Assembly (NCBI GenBank): GCA_900696645.1
Contig: CAADGV010000021.1
Location: forward strand, 122,893-186,892
From: an uncultured Chlorobiota bacterium
Lineage (GTDB): Bacteria > Bacteroidota > Ignavibacteria > UBA10030 > UBA6906
Length of the DNA: 64,000 nucleotides
Reading direction: 5' to 3'
The translations under genes were made by a program, and so were the position numbers. Each line of letters opens with the position of its first letter. Within the stretch, counting starts at the first letter, position 1. This document shows, piece after piece, positions 19,801 to 28,888 of this stretch. The notes beneath the pieces are model-generated. The model did not search any database and was not told the DNA's origin. It worked only from the letters and a program-made list of their open reading frames with translations.

Positions 19801-19965
19801 CCCGTGTGCTTCGGCAATGATTTGCACTTGAACATTCGTCACATCGGGGAACGCATCAATGGGAATGTTGTTCAGCGAATACAACCCGAGAGCGGCAAGC
19901 AGGATTGTCATTGCAGCAACGAGCAAGCGCTGCTTGAGAGCAAAGTCTATTATTCGATCAATCAT
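16888..19965 (-). CDS. czcA: CzcA/CusA-family heavy-metal RND efflux pump
   Basis: IDAFPDVTNVQVQI, NLMSLGAIDFGMIVDGSVVMVEN, FIPELDEG, RLRPVLMTA, GAEVQRPLATVVIGG. Confidence 0.93.
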   Translation of the reverse strand: MIDRIIDFALKQRLLVAAMTILLAALGLYSLNNIPIDAFPDVTNVQVQIIAEAHGLSPVEVEKLVTFPIEVAMNGLPRLTEVRSISKYGLSVITVVFEDGVDIYFARQLVLERLQKARQSLPPTVPEPEMGPIASGMGEIYQYFLESDSLDLMGLRSIQDWIIKPQLRTVPGVTEVNSFGGLVKQYHIIVDPNKLLSYNLTLDEVFEAVEKSNSVAGGNYLEHASEQYIIRGIGLASKEQDFENIVVKNDHGTPIYIRNVARVTIGPENRQGAVVMQGRGEVSAAIVMMLRGENSQKVIQRVKAKVEEINKSLPPHVKIHPYYDQTDLVQKTITTVRTNLVEGGLLVIAVLLLFLGDIRAALIVASTIPLSMLFAFIGMEWLGLTANLMSLGAIDFGMIVDGSVVMVENFTRRLTHKEADETKLQLISSAAKEVGRPILFGILIIIAVYIPILTLEGIEGKMFKPMALTVGLALIGSLLLTLTFVPVVSSLLLREKKTHKEPRLIHWIRLVYTPLLERAVRRKTITFTIALAVLVGSFALVPSLGTEFIPELDEGSILIQPIRMPSISLTESIEMEKKIQQIIMQFPEVEFVVGRLGRPDIATDPMGVNLSDIYVTLKPKSEWKTAKTKEELVNKMVKELEHIPGVNYNVTQPIAMRVDELVTGVKSDIAIKLFGDDLTILKEKADQIADIVRTVPGAADVSTEQVAGQTYLNIYVDRAAIARYALNVADVQRVIETAIGGKIATEVIEGQARYGVLVRYPESVRGDIQGIENTLVSLPSGGTIPLKQVAHIVAEEGPVQVSREFGQRRIVVECNVRGTDIGTFVAEAKQRIERSVSLPAGYYITWGGQFEHQESATQRLLVVVPLSIFIIFVLLFTTFGNLRHSLLILLNLPFALCGGVVALFIRDLPLSVSASIGFIALFGVAVLNGVVMISHINQLLKEGHELMFAVIKGASDRLRPVLMTALVASLGFIPMALSHGTGAEVQRPLATVVIGGLITSTLLTMFALPLIYSMIESRRKTAKTE

Positions 19966-19980
19966 TTGATTCTCCGACGA

Positions 19981-21105
19981 CTAATGTTCTTCACCAAACG
20001 TTTCCTTGGCAAGCTCCGACTTGAGGAAGAAGCCGCCTTTGACAACAATTCTCTCTCCCACAAGCAAGCCGTCAAGAACCTCGGCAAACTCTCTTGTCTC
20101 AACTCCGGTGCGAACATCCCGGCGTTCAAATGTTGTATCATTCAGAGCGATGAAGACAAAATGCTTCTCGGTTTCTCCGAGAAGTGCGCTTGCCGGAATC
20201 TTGATCGTCTCTTTCCCGAATTGGGTCTGGACGTTTACCGTGCAGAACATCTCCGGCTTGAGTCTCCCGCGCTTGTTTGGAACGTCGACTCGTGCCTTTA
20301 CGGTTCGGGTTCTCTCGTCCAGCACATTGTAGATTGTTGAGATCGACCCCGGGAAGGAATCGGGATATGCAGCGACGATCACAAATGCTTTCATTCCTGC
20401 ACGCACAAGGGGGAGGTCCTTCTCATAGAGGTCGGCAAGTACCCACAGTGTCGAAAGGTCTGCAAGCTCAAAAAGCTCAGTGCCAACTTGCACATAGGCG
20501 CCACGACGAACATTGCTCTTGATGATGGTTCCTGCGAAGGGTGCTCGAATGTGAAGATGTGATTGAGGAACCCGGTTGACTTCCAGGTCATCCACCTCTG
20601 CATCGCTCAAACCGATGACGATAAGTTTTTGCTTTGCTGACTCGTAGATTGCCCTTGCCGCCACGCTGTCATCACTCGCTTTGGACCGAGAACGTTTCCA
20701 ACGCTCGGATGCCTGCAGGAATTCGTTCTGCAATGACAGGAATTCCTGGCTGAACAGTTCGAGAAGAACTGCGTCCTTGCCAGCGTAGTCATTGGTGAAG
20801 GCAGAGACATTTTCTATTCTTCCGCTGACACGGGCGGTGATTTGAGCAAGGTGACGCTCGTCGAAGCTGACATTGCCGGGCAGTGAAAGTGGAACAGCGA
20901 CGGACTTTCTTTGAACAGACTCGACTTTTATCCCGGCATGGAAAACCTTGTGCCTGTCGAGATGAACAACTGTTCCCGCAGCTTCCTCCTTCATGTGTTC
21001 ATTGTGGTCTTCGTCTGACTCTTTGGCTTGTTGCCGACAACCCGAAAGGGTAATGACTGCAGCAAGCGTAATGGCAAGTGCGTATGTCGTGTATGTCATG
21101 CTCAA
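19981..21105 (-). CDS. czcB: RND periplasmic adaptor (CzcB/CusB-like)
   Basis: Lipobox LSGC, His-rich N-terminus, IRAPFAGTI, LADLSTLWV, RTRTVKARV, LKPEMF. Confidence 0.88.
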   Translation of the reverse strand: MSMTYTTYALAITLAAVITLSGCRQQAKESDEDHNEHMKEEAAGTVVHLDRHKVFHAGIKVESVQRKSVAVPLSLPGNVSFDERHLAQITARVSGRIENVSAFTNDYAGKDAVLLELFSQEFLSLQNEFLQASERWKRSRSKASDDSVAARAIYESAKQKLIVIGLSDAEVDDLEVNRVPQSHLHIRAPFAGTIIKSNVRRGAYVQVGTELFELADLSTLWVLADLYEKDLPLVRAGMKAFVIVAAYPDSFPGSISTIYNVLDERTRTVKARVDVPNKRGRLKPEMFCTVNVQTQFGKETIKIPASALLGETEKHFVFIALNDTTFERRDVRTGVETREFAEVLDGLLVGERIVVKGGFFLKSELAKETFGEEH

Positions 21106-22364
21106 TCTCCTGAAGAAAACAAAGTGTCAAAGGGCAATTCACCGGACGCTTCCAATGCGGCAAGTGCTGCGGCGTGGTTGTACATCGCTCGAAGATGTTC
21201 GACTTGCGTTGCCTGATACGTGCGATAGATATCAAGCAAGTTGAGAATGTCTAGCTGGCTGTTCTGATACTGATTGATGGCGCTGGAGAGAATGTCGTCA
21301 GCATCCGCAAGAAGCGACGTATCGAAGGTGATCAATTGAGATTGCGTGGTTTTGACCGCCTCGATTGCGTTGCGAATGCTTGCCTGCACCTGCAACGCTA
21401 CGGCGTTCTGGTTCAATCTCGCAGCATCCCCGAGCACACGAGCTTCTTGAACTTGCCCGGCAGGTTCCTGCCAGAACCAGAGAGGGAGAGTCGCCTTTAA
21501 TTCGATCCCCCACAATGGAGCAACACTTCCACGGCGCTGATGTGCAAGACCAAGCTGGAAGTCCGGTAAGTATGTTGTCCTTGCCAGAGAGAGTATTTGG
21601 TCTTGGCGTTGGATACCAAGCTCTGCAATTCGCATTGTGGAGCTACGCTCACTGAGTGAAGCGGCGACCGAGTCGAGGTTCAAATGCAAAGGCAGCGTAG
21701 GGAAGTCATCGATGAGCACGATTGGCTGTTCAGCATCTCTGCCTAAGAGGAGATTGAGTTCATGCTTGTGTCGCTGCTGCTCTCGTTGCGCTTCGATGAT
21801 ATCATTCGTCAACCGTGCATGTTCGACTTTGGCTCGAAGGATTTCAAGGTACGAACTCGTCCCGGCCTGGTACTTTGCATTGAGCTGTTCCTGGAGGTCT
21901 CGGAAAAGAATGATCTGCCGGTCCAGATTCTTGACAACCCTTTGACTTAGGAGCAATCGGAAGTATGTCTGTTTTACCTCAGCGGCAATGAGAACAACTG
22001 CCCTGCCATAGCGAAGACGTGCAACTTGCACCTCGGTTGAGGCGACGTCAATCCTTGCGCTCCTCTTGGTTGGGAACTCAATTGGTTGGGTGATGCTGAT
22101 GTCTCTTTCGTTGGCCTCGTTCGGTTTGAGAATAGATTGACTTTCGTTCCAGGCAACGCCAAGTTCAGGATTTGGAATTCGTCCCGCCTGCAAGATGCGG
22201 GCGTCCGCAACTTCCTGAAACTTGCCGGCTTTGAGAACCGTTGGATTGTTCTGTAGTGCCACGATGATGGCATCAGAGAGGGAGAGTCGATCCTGGGTTT
22301 GTGCCCGTGCGGACATTGTGCCCATGAGCAAAAGCAATCCCGCCCGAATGAAATACATTCTCAA
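21102..22364 (-). CDS. czcC: TolC-family outer-membrane efflux protein (CzcC-like)
   Basis: LSLSDAI..ALQNNP, PNPEL, QPIEFPTKR, YQAG; first structural gene of the RND operon. Confidence 0.88.
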   Translation of the reverse strand: MRMYFIRAGLLLLMGTMSARAQTQDRLSLSDAIIVALQNNPTVLKAGKFQEVADARILQAGRIPNPELGVAWNESQSILKPNEANERDISITQPIEFPTKRSARIDVASTEVQVARLRYGRAVVLIAAEVKQTYFRLLLSQRVVKNLDRQIILFRDLQEQLNAKYQAGTSSYLEILRAKVEHARLTNDIIEAQREQQRHKHELNLLLGRDAEQPIVLIDDFPTLPLHLNLDSVAASLSERSSTMRIAELGIQRQDQILSLARTTYLPDFQLGLAHQRRGSVAPLWGIELKATLPLWFWQEPAGQVQEARVLGDAARLNQNAVALQVQASIRNAIEAVKTTQSQLITFDTSLLADADDILSSAINQYQNSQLDILNLLDIYRTYQATQVEHLRAMYNHAAALAALEASGELPFDTLFSSGD

Positions 22365-22411
22365 GGCGAACCTCGCTGCAAAGTGATAATTAGTTGAATA
22401 ACTGAGATTAT

Positions 22412-22444
22412 GGAGTTGGTCGTCGTATGCGACTGAGCAACTCC
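22412..22444 (-). promoter_or_regulatory. Hairpin between the leader ORF and czcC
   Basis: mRNA GGAGUUG-CUCA-GUCG-CAUA-CGAC-GAC-CAACUCC, 13 nt after the leader stop; no U-tract. Confidence 0.45.
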
Positions 22445-22457
22445 CGTAGGAATCTGC

Positions 22458-22784
22458 TTACGCAGTTATGGGAGGGCGAAACACCGACTTCTTTGGCGGT
22501 GAAGGAACCGTGAAAGAGAAAGAGGCGAAAGGCGGTTCAGCAGCCTGCGCGTAGCTGGGGGTGGCCGTTCTATGCACGACCGCAGGAACGTGACAGACAC
22601 AAGAGCAAGCAGAAGAGCCCATAGTAGATGGAGACTTTGTTGAGGAATCATGATTCCCCGACAGTGAACACACTAACGAGCTGCAACTATTCTCTGTTGT
22701 CCCATTCAGACAATCGGTATCGCCACACCAAACGATTGAGGCTGTAAAGCAAAAAAAGATAAGTATTTGGCTGAAAGTCATCAT
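22458..22784 (-). CDS. Cys-rich exported leader protein ending in FRPP, upstream of czcCBA
   Basis: Hydrophobic N-terminus, 8 Cys including CSCVCH, Pro-rich tail PSPPKKSVFRPPITA. Confidence 0.7.
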   Translation of the reverse strand: MMTFSQILIFFCFTASIVWCGDTDCLNGTTENSCSSLVCSLSGNHDSSTKSPSTMGSSACSCVCHVPAVVHRTATPSYAQAAEPPFASFSFTVPSPPKKSVFRPPITA

Positions 22785-22795
22785 AAGACTAAAGG

Positions 22796-22824
22796 AATAT
22801 ATCTAATCGGCATCGCAATTCCAA
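22796..22824 (-). promoter_or_regulatory. Promoter of the efflux operon
   Basis: TTGGAA-N17-TATATT, ending 11 nt before ATG 22784. Confidence 0.55.
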
Positions 22825-23055
22825 AAAACTGAGAGAGACGGTCTGAAACCGCAAATAACGCTAACTGTTGAAACGGCGAAGACATGCAACGTAATGATGA
22901 ATGCCATGACTCTCATGAATTTAACATTCGAAGAGATGTCATGAAATGAAACTGATGATATTCTTTCCTACCATCATTCACAAAAAATCACGTCATTACT
23001 GTAGCTCCCTTTCAGGAGCCCCGTCTTTCCCGACTTGTCTCAAGAGGAGAATGTA

Positions 23056-25179
23056 ATGTTCGTTCCGCGTGTGCGGGTTATTCTGTTGTGCCTCTCTATG
23101 CTCTCGGACGTTTATGCGACTGGAAATGACATGAATGCCACGCAACCCCCGATGGCGGAAATCAAACCGCATGTGTTGGAGAAACACGGCCATATCCGCA
23201 CCGACAATTACTACTGGCTGCGCGAGCGTGACAATCCGCAGGTTCTTGAATATCTCAACGCTGAAAACCGCTACACCGATGCCGTGATGGCTCCGGTGAA
23301 GCAATTTGAGCAGAAGCTGTTCGATGAAATGAAGGCACGCATCAAGCAGACCGACCTTTCTGTTCCATACAAACTGGATGACTACTTCTACTACACTAAA
23401 TACGAGAGCGGTAAAGAATACCCCATCTACTGCCGGAAACGGGGCTCACTTGATGCGCTGGAAGAAGTGATGCTCGATGGAAACGAGATGGCGAAAGGCC
23501 ACGGCTTCTTCAACATAGGAAGTACGGCAGTCAGTTTTCAGCAGGATATCGTTGCTTTCACTGTTGACACTGTTGGACGCCGCTTCTATACAATCCGTTT
23601 CAAGGATCTCAGATCCGGTGAAATCATGCCGGACGAGATACGCTCATCTACCGCAAATATCGCATGGGCAAACGACAACACAACTCTTTTTTATACGAAG
23701 CAGGATCCGGCCACCCTGCGGGCCCATAGAGTGTACCGTCATACGTTAGGTACAGACGCATCGAAGGACACTCTCGTTTATGAGGAAGAGGATAGCACGT
23801 TCAGTTGCAGCGTCTTCCGGACGAAATCCAAACAATACATAATGATTGCTTCACGGCAGACCCTCAGTACGGAGTATCGCTACTGTGATGCCAACACGCC
23901 GGACGGCCAGTTCAGAATCATTATGTCCAGAATGGATAATCACGAGTACTCCGTTGAACATTTCGAGAGCAACTTTTACATCCGGACGAATTACAAGGCA
24001 AAGAATTTCCGTCTGATGCGAACACCGGTATTGGACACGCGCATGCTTTCCTGGAGAGATGTGATTGTTCACAGGCGAGGTACGCTGCTGGAAGGATTCG
24101 CGATCTTCAAGGACTTTCTTGTTGTTACAGAGCGAAAGAACGGTCTGCGCCAGATACGCGTTCTTCCCTGGAGCGGCGGCGAGCATTACATCCAGTTCGA
24201 CGAGAGTGTCTACGCTGTAGGTGTCGGAATCAACCCGGATTTTGACACACATCTGCTTCGCTACAATTACCAATCATTGATCACTCCCAACTCCGTTGTT
24301 GAGTATGACATGGCGAGGCGGACGAGGACGGTGTTGAAGCAGGATGAAGTGTTGGGGGGCTACAATCCCGACAGGTACCAAACGGAGCGTGTGTTTGCAA
24401 AAGCGCCTGACGGACTCCTTGTCCCGATCTCGCTTGTCTATAAAAAGGGGATGAGAAGAAACGCAGACAATCCGTTGGTGCTGTATGGCTACGGCTCGTA
24501 CGGCATAAGCACGGACGCGACGTTCGCATCCAACCGGTTGAGTCTGCTCGACCGCGGGTTCATCTATGCTATCGCGCATGTTCGCGGGGGGCAGGAGCTT
24601 GGGCGCGAGTGGTATGAAGACGGAAAGATGCTGAAGAAAAAGAACACCTTCACCGACTTCATTGCGTGTGCCGAATTTCTCATTCAAGAACGGTATACAA
24701 CTCCCCGGAAACTCTTTGCACAGGGAGGAAGTGCCGGCGGCCTGTTGATGGGCGCGGTGATGAATATGGCGCCCAACTTCTTCAAGGGGATTGTAGCAAC
24801 CGTTCCCTTTGTTGATGTCGTCACGACGATGCTTGACGAGACGATTCCGCTGACAACATCGGAGTATGACGAATGGGGAAATCCGAACGAAAAAGAACAC
24901 TACGACTACATGCTTTCATATTCCCCCTATGATAACGTTGAGGCAAAGAACTATCCCAACCTGTTGGTGATGACGGGGTTGCATGACTCGCAGGTACAAT
25001 ACTGGGAGCCGGCCAAATGGGTTGCAAAACTCCGTGCTCTGAAAACCGACAACAATCTGCTTCTCCTCAAGACAAACATGGAAGCCGGACACGGCGGCTC
25101 CTCCGGCAGGTTTCGCAGGCTCCGCGAAACTGCGCTGCAATACGCGTTCATATTGCATCTCGTCGGGATAACAAGATAG
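23056..25179 (+). CDS. ptrB: Oligopeptidase B (S9A)
   Basis: DNYYWLRE, YGYGSYG, catalytic GGSAGG, HDSQV, AGHGG; start ATG 23056 after GAGGAG. Confidence 0.93.
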   Translation: MFVPRVRVILLCLSMLSDVYATGNDMNATQPPMAEIKPHVLEKHGHIRTDNYYWLRERDNPQVLEYLNAENRYTDAVMAPVKQFEQKLFDEMKARIKQTDLSVPYKLDDYFYYTKYESGKEYPIYCRKRGSLDALEEVMLDGNEMAKGHGFFNIGSTAVSFQQDIVAFTVDTVGRRFYTIRFKDLRSGEIMPDEIRSSTANIAWANDNTTLFYTKQDPATLRAHRVYRHTLGTDASKDTLVYEEEDSTFSCSVFRTKSKQYIMIASRQTLSTEYRYCDANTPDGQFRIIMSRMDNHEYSVEHFESNFYIRTNYKAKNFRLMRTPVLDTRMLSWRDVIVHRRGTLLEGFAIFKDFLVVTERKNGLRQIRVLPWSGGEHYIQFDESVYAVGVGINPDFDTHLLRYNYQSLITPNSVVEYDMARRTRTVLKQDEVLGGYNPDRYQTERVFAKAPDGLLVPISLVYKKGMRRNADNPLVLYGYGSYGISTDATFASNRLSLLDRGFIYAIAHVRGGQELGREWYEDGKMLKKKNTFTDFIACAEFLIQERYTTPRKLFAQGGSAGGLLMGAVMNMAPNFFKGIVATVPFVDVVTTMLDETIPLTTSEYDEWGNPNEKEHYDYMLSYSPYDNVEAKNYPNLLVMTGLHDSQVQYWEPAKWVAKLRALKTDNNLLLLKTNMEAGHGGSSGRFRRLRETALQYAFILHLVGITR

Positions 25180-25180
25180 C

Positions 25181-25645
25181 ATGAACCGATCCCAACATCA
25201 GAATCCCGCCGGATTCAAACCCTTGCCGCTATTCACAAAAATCCTGCTTGTCACGGCGGGAACGATATCGCTCGGCGTCGGCATCGTCGGGGCGTTTCTT
25301 CCTGTGCTGCCGACAACGCCGTTTGTGCTGCTTGCCGCAATCTGCTACGTTCGCAGTTCGCAACGTTTGTACGAGCGCCTGATGCAAAGCCGGTTTGCAA
25401 GCAAGCATGTCCACAACGTGCTGGCCGGGAAGGGCATTCCGCTCTCGGTCAAAGTCATTTCACTTTCTATCTCTGCAGTCATGATCGGGTATGTGAGCAT
25501 CTTCGTGACGGAACATTTCGTCGTTCGCATGTTGCTCGGCCTGCTGTATCTCGTACAACTCGGGTTTATGTTGAAGATGAAGACCCTGAAGCATCATCAG
25601 GCAGAAGCCGATTTTCCTGAAGGCCGTTTGCTGGACGAGGCGTGA
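25181..25645 (+). CDS. YbaN/DUF454-family inner-membrane protein
   Basis: GIVGAFLPVLPTTPFVLLAA.CY.RSS signature. Confidence 0.88.
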   Translation: MNRSQHQNPAGFKPLPLFTKILLVTAGTISLGVGIVGAFLPVLPTTPFVLLAAICYVRSSQRLYERLMQSRFASKHVHNVLAGKGIPLSVKVISLSISAVMIGYVSIFVTEHFVVRMLLGLLYLVQLGFMLKMKTLKHHQAEADFPEGRLLDEA

Positions 25646-25733
25646 TTCGTTTTCTACCGGAAGATGTATGCGGAGAAGTCTGTCGATTTTCGTATCTTCT
25701 TGATGCTGTTCTCACAAACTGAAAGATACGATC

Positions 25734-26819
25734 ATGCAAATCGGAATTGTCGGACTTCCGTTTTCCGGAAAATCCACGCTCTTCCAAACCATCACGAAAT
25801 CCCACTTTGATCCCGCGGCTCTTGGCAAGGCTGAAGCCCATCATGCCGTTGTGAAAGTGCCCGATGCCCGGCTGGATGAGTGTTCCCGAATCTTTTCCCC
25901 GAAACGGACAGTCAACGCTACCATTGAATTTGTCGATGTTGTTGGATTGAAAAAAGGCGAAACGGGCTCGACGCAATTCACAACGAACTTTCTCTCCAAC
26001 GTCAAGACGAACGACGCGCTTGTTCAGGTTGTACGCCTCTTTGCGAATGATGCCGTACCGCATCCCGACGGAACGATTGACGCACAACGGGATATTGATT
26101 CCTTCGAAACAGAGTTCATACTTTCGGATCTCGCCGTTGTGGAGAACCGGGTCGAGCGGCTGAAGAAGCAGGTGATGAAGTCGGGAGATGAGTTGGGCAA
26201 ACGCGAACTGCCAGTGTTGGAGAAATGCAAACACATTCTTGACTCGGCAACACCGCTGCGCGAACATGACTTCTCGAAAGAAGAACTTCAATTGCTGAAG
26301 ACGTATCAGCTTCTCTCCATCAAACCGATGTTGATCGCCTTGAACCTTGATGAATCGCAGCGCGATCAGGCCGATTCTCTGCGCAAAAAGGTCGCCGAAC
26401 TGAAGGAAGGGAAGCATACGAAAGTCGTTTCCTTCTTCGGCAAGATCGAAATGGAGATGTCGGAACTTGCGGATGAAGAAGCCTCTGTATTCATGCAGGA
26501 ATACGGCATCACCGAGTCTGCGCTTGACACACTGATTCGCGAGTCGTATGCAATGCTTGGCTTACAGTCATTCTTCACGGTTGGCGAAGACGAATGCCGT
26601 GCATGGACGATACGACGCGGGATGACAGCGCAGGAGGCGGCGGGCGTTATTCATTCTGACTTCTTTGCAAAGTTCATCCGTGCCGAGGTCGTGCATTATG
26701 ATGATTTCATTGCCCACGGCGGTTCGTTTGCGAAAGCAAAAGAGGCAGGCGTGTGGAGACTTGAGGGAAAAGAGTACATTGTGAAAGACGGGGATATAAT
26801 TTCGATTCGACACGGTTAA
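25734..26819 (+). CDS. ychF: Obg-family ATPase YchF
   Basis: GIVGLPFSGKSTLF, EFVDVVGL, FFTVGEDECRAW, AGVIHSDF, RLEGKEYIVKDGD. Confidence 0.93.
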   Translation: MQIGIVGLPFSGKSTLFQTITKSHFDPAALGKAEAHHAVVKVPDARLDECSRIFSPKRTVNATIEFVDVVGLKKGETGSTQFTTNFLSNVKTNDALVQVVRLFANDAVPHPDGTIDAQRDIDSFETEFILSDLAVVENRVERLKKQVMKSGDELGKRELPVLEKCKHILDSATPLREHDFSKEELQLLKTYQLLSIKPMLIALNLDESQRDQADSLRKKVAELKEGKHTKVVSFFGKIEMEMSELADEEASVFMQEYGITESALDTLIRESYAMLGLQSFFTVGEDECRAWTIRRGMTAQEAAGVIHSDFFAKFIRAEVVHYDDFIAHGGSFAKAKEAGVWRLEGKEYIVKDGDIISIRHG

Positions 26820-26846
26820 GCAGGGCGACGACATCCGTGTATGCAA

Positions 26847-26895
26847 CAACGCCATCCCACCGGTTTGACAGGCTGAGATGGCGTTGACGTTTTTG
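26847..26895. terminator. Hairpin between convergent ychF and rplS
   Basis: CAACGCCATC...GATGGCGTTG followed by ACGTTTTTG. Confidence 0.55.
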
Positions 26896-26904
26896 AAGAA
26901 TGAA

Positions 26905-27243
26905 TTACGAAGTCTTCTGCCGGATTTGCTTTGCTGCGAGGTGGCGCACATAATACATTTTTGCGCGACGCACCGAACCCTCCTTCACCCGCTCGATCTT
27001 AGCGATGCGTGGGGAGTGAAGGGGGAAAATACGCTCAACGCCCACCCCATCCGAAACCTTCCTGACAGTAAATGTTGCGCTCATGCCCGACCCGTGGCGG
27101 CCTATCACGACCCCTTGAAACTGCTGGATACGTTCCTTGTCCCCTTCGATGACCCGCACATGTACGTTGATGGTATCTCCTGCGGAGAACGCCGGAAGAT
27201 CGCTCTTCATTTGCGTCGCATCCACTAACTTTAGCTTTTCCAT
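26905..27243 (-). CDS. rplS: 50S ribosomal protein L19
   Basis: [33 protein letters not shown]. Confidence 0.97.
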   Translation of the reverse strand: MEKLKLVDATQMKSDLPAFSAGDTINVHVRVIEGDKERIQQFQGVVIGRHGSGMSATFTVRKVSDGVGVERIFPLHSPRIAKIERVKEGSVRRAKMYYVRHLAAKQIRQKTS

Positions 27244-27267
27244 GACTCCTTCTCCAAACTACGTATG

Positions 27268-27948
27268 TTATGATTGTTCAAGTAAATCTTTCCGGCGTTC
27301 CTCGGTGCGTTTTAGTCGCTGCTCCGCGCGCCATGCTTCAATTTCTTTATGATTGCCCGAAAGCAGAACATCGGGCACTTTCATTCCGTGGAACTCTTCA
27401 GGACGGGTGTACTGGGGTCCATCAAGCACACCGTGCTGGAATGAATCCGTCAACAACGATTCACCGTCCCCGATTACGCCAGGAATCAATCGCACGACGG
27501 CATCGATAAGCACAAGCGCCGGAAGTTCTCCCCCCGTCAGCACATAATCGCCAATGGAAATCTCCCTCGTGATAAGTGCTTTCCGGATGCGCTCATCGAT
27601 TCCCTTGTAATGCCCGCACAACAGAAGGAGGTTATCCTTCAGTGAGAGTTCGTTGGCGATCTTTTGCGTCAACCTTTCGCCATCGGCGCTGAGGTAGATC
27701 ACCTCATTGTAGTGCCGCTTCTTCTGCAGGGATTCGATACACGCAAACACCGGCTCGGCCTTCAGGATCATTCCCGCGCCGCCGCCGTACGGCGTATCAT
27801 CGATCGTTCTATGTTTGTCGGTTGCAAAGTCCCGAAGGTCGTGCAGTTCGATCTCGACGATCCCCTTTGCCTTCGCCCGCTTGATGATGCTTTCGTTCAG
27901 CGGACTGTGCATCAGATTGGGAAATCCTGTAACCACATCAATCCGCAT
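27268..27948 (-). CDS. trmD: tRNA (guanine37-N1)-methyltransferase
   Basis: Start MRIDVVT; DDTPYGGGAGM, CGHYKGIDER, SIGDYVLTGGE, LSGNH. Confidence 0.96.
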   Translation of the reverse strand: MRIDVVTGFPNLMHSPLNESIIKRAKAKGIVEIELHDLRDFATDKHRTIDDTPYGGGAGMILKAEPVFACIESLQKKRHYNEVIYLSADGERLTQKIANELSLKDNLLLLCGHYKGIDERIRKALITREISIGDYVLTGGELPALVLIDAVVRLIPGVIGDGESLLTDSFQHGVLDGPQYTRPEEFHGMKVPDVLLSGNHKEIEAWRAEQRLKRTEERRKDLLEQS

Positions 27949-28489
27949 CGGGTGCCTCCGACTCTTCGGCAGACTCGTCGAGCATTCCCTCAATAAGTCG
28001 TACCGTCATCGTTCCGGATTCCATGTCGATCTTCTTGATGAACTCTTTTACTGCTGGGAGCAGAACCTCGTTGCCGTACCGCTCCACGACGTACACATCG
28101 TTTGCAGGATATTTGAGAACATCTTTCACGACACCGATTGCCTCGTCATTCTCGCCAATGACGCGCAACCCGATAATGTTGTGAATGAAGTAACTTCCCT
28201 TCGGAAGTCGGACTGCATCCTTCTCATCTACAAAGAGAAGTGAACCGACGAGCTTTTCTGCTGCAGTTCTATCCGTAATGCCCCGGAGGGTAATGCGCAC
28301 GCCCCGCGGCTCAACACGAGCCGATAGAATGCCATAGTCGGCCACCTGAGCATCGGTCGGGCCGACCAGCACGTGTTTCAGTTTTCTAAACCGCGCCGGA
28401 TTGGTCGTCATGGGAAGCACAACAAGTTCACCCCTGATGCCGAACGGCTTGACGATTTTGCCGACTGCTAACAGTGTTCGACTGCTCAA
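27938..28489 (-). CDS. rimM: Ribosome maturation factor RimM
   Basis: VGKIVKPFGIRGE, PANDVY, LLPAV; conserved operon position. Confidence 0.93.
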   Translation of the reverse strand: MSSRTLLAVGKIVKPFGIRGELVVLPMTTNPARFRKLKHVLVGPTDAQVADYGILSARVEPRGVRITLRGITDRTAAEKLVGSLLFVDEKDAVRLPKGSYFIHNIIGLRVIGENDEAIGVVKDVLKYPANDVYVVERYGNEVLLPAVKEFIKKIDMESGTMTVRLIEGMLDESAEESEAPDAD

Positions 28490-28504
28490 TTCCTTCGCAA
28501 AGGC

Positions 28505-28735
28505 TTAGTCTGCAATCTCCAGAATTGCCCGTTTACCTTCCTTGGCTGCAACTGCCGCAAGCAATGTACGCATTGCCTGTGCTGTTCTGCCTTTTCGTCC
28601 GATCACTTTGCCGACATCTGCCTGCCCCACTTGAAGTTTGAATATCACCTTGCCGTCTTTCTCTTCCTGGTCGAGAATGACTTGCTCGGGATTATCCACG
28701 AGATGTTTGGCGATGAACGTTACAAATTCTCGCAT
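28505..28735 (-). CDS. khpA: KH-domain RNA-binding protein KhpA
   Basis: Start MREFV; LVDNPE, DVGKVIGRKGRTA (GxxG); between rpsP and rimM. Confidence 0.9.
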   Translation of the reverse strand: MREFVTFIAKHLVDNPEQVILDQEEKDGKVIFKLQVGQADVGKVIGRKGRTAQAMRTLLAAVAAKEGKRAILEIAD

Positions 28736-28759
28736 AGCGCGCCTCTTGAGTTGGTTGTT

Positions 28760-28888
28760 AGATCTTACCTGTCCTAAGACCGCCGTGCACTCCTTGCACA
28801 TGGTCTTTAAGATCTGACGTCTGTACGACAACCCCCGCCCTGTCGTGCGGGATGTTGCCAGCGAGAAGCCTGCTCGCCTCCGTGCGAG
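28760..28888 (-). ncRNA. Candidate structured cis-regulatory RNA between rpsP and khpA
   Basis: Three hairpins: CUCGC-ACGGAG-GCGAG; ACGACA/UGUCGU; nested AGAUCUUA/UAAGAUCU, AAGACC/GGUCUU, GUGCA-AGGAG-UGCAC. Confidence 0.45.

Noticed and set aside
22803-22916. 37-aa hydrophobic minus-strand ORF (MRVMAFIITLHVFAV...)
   Set aside because: It overlaps the predicted efflux-operon promoter and has no SD, so it is likely chance.
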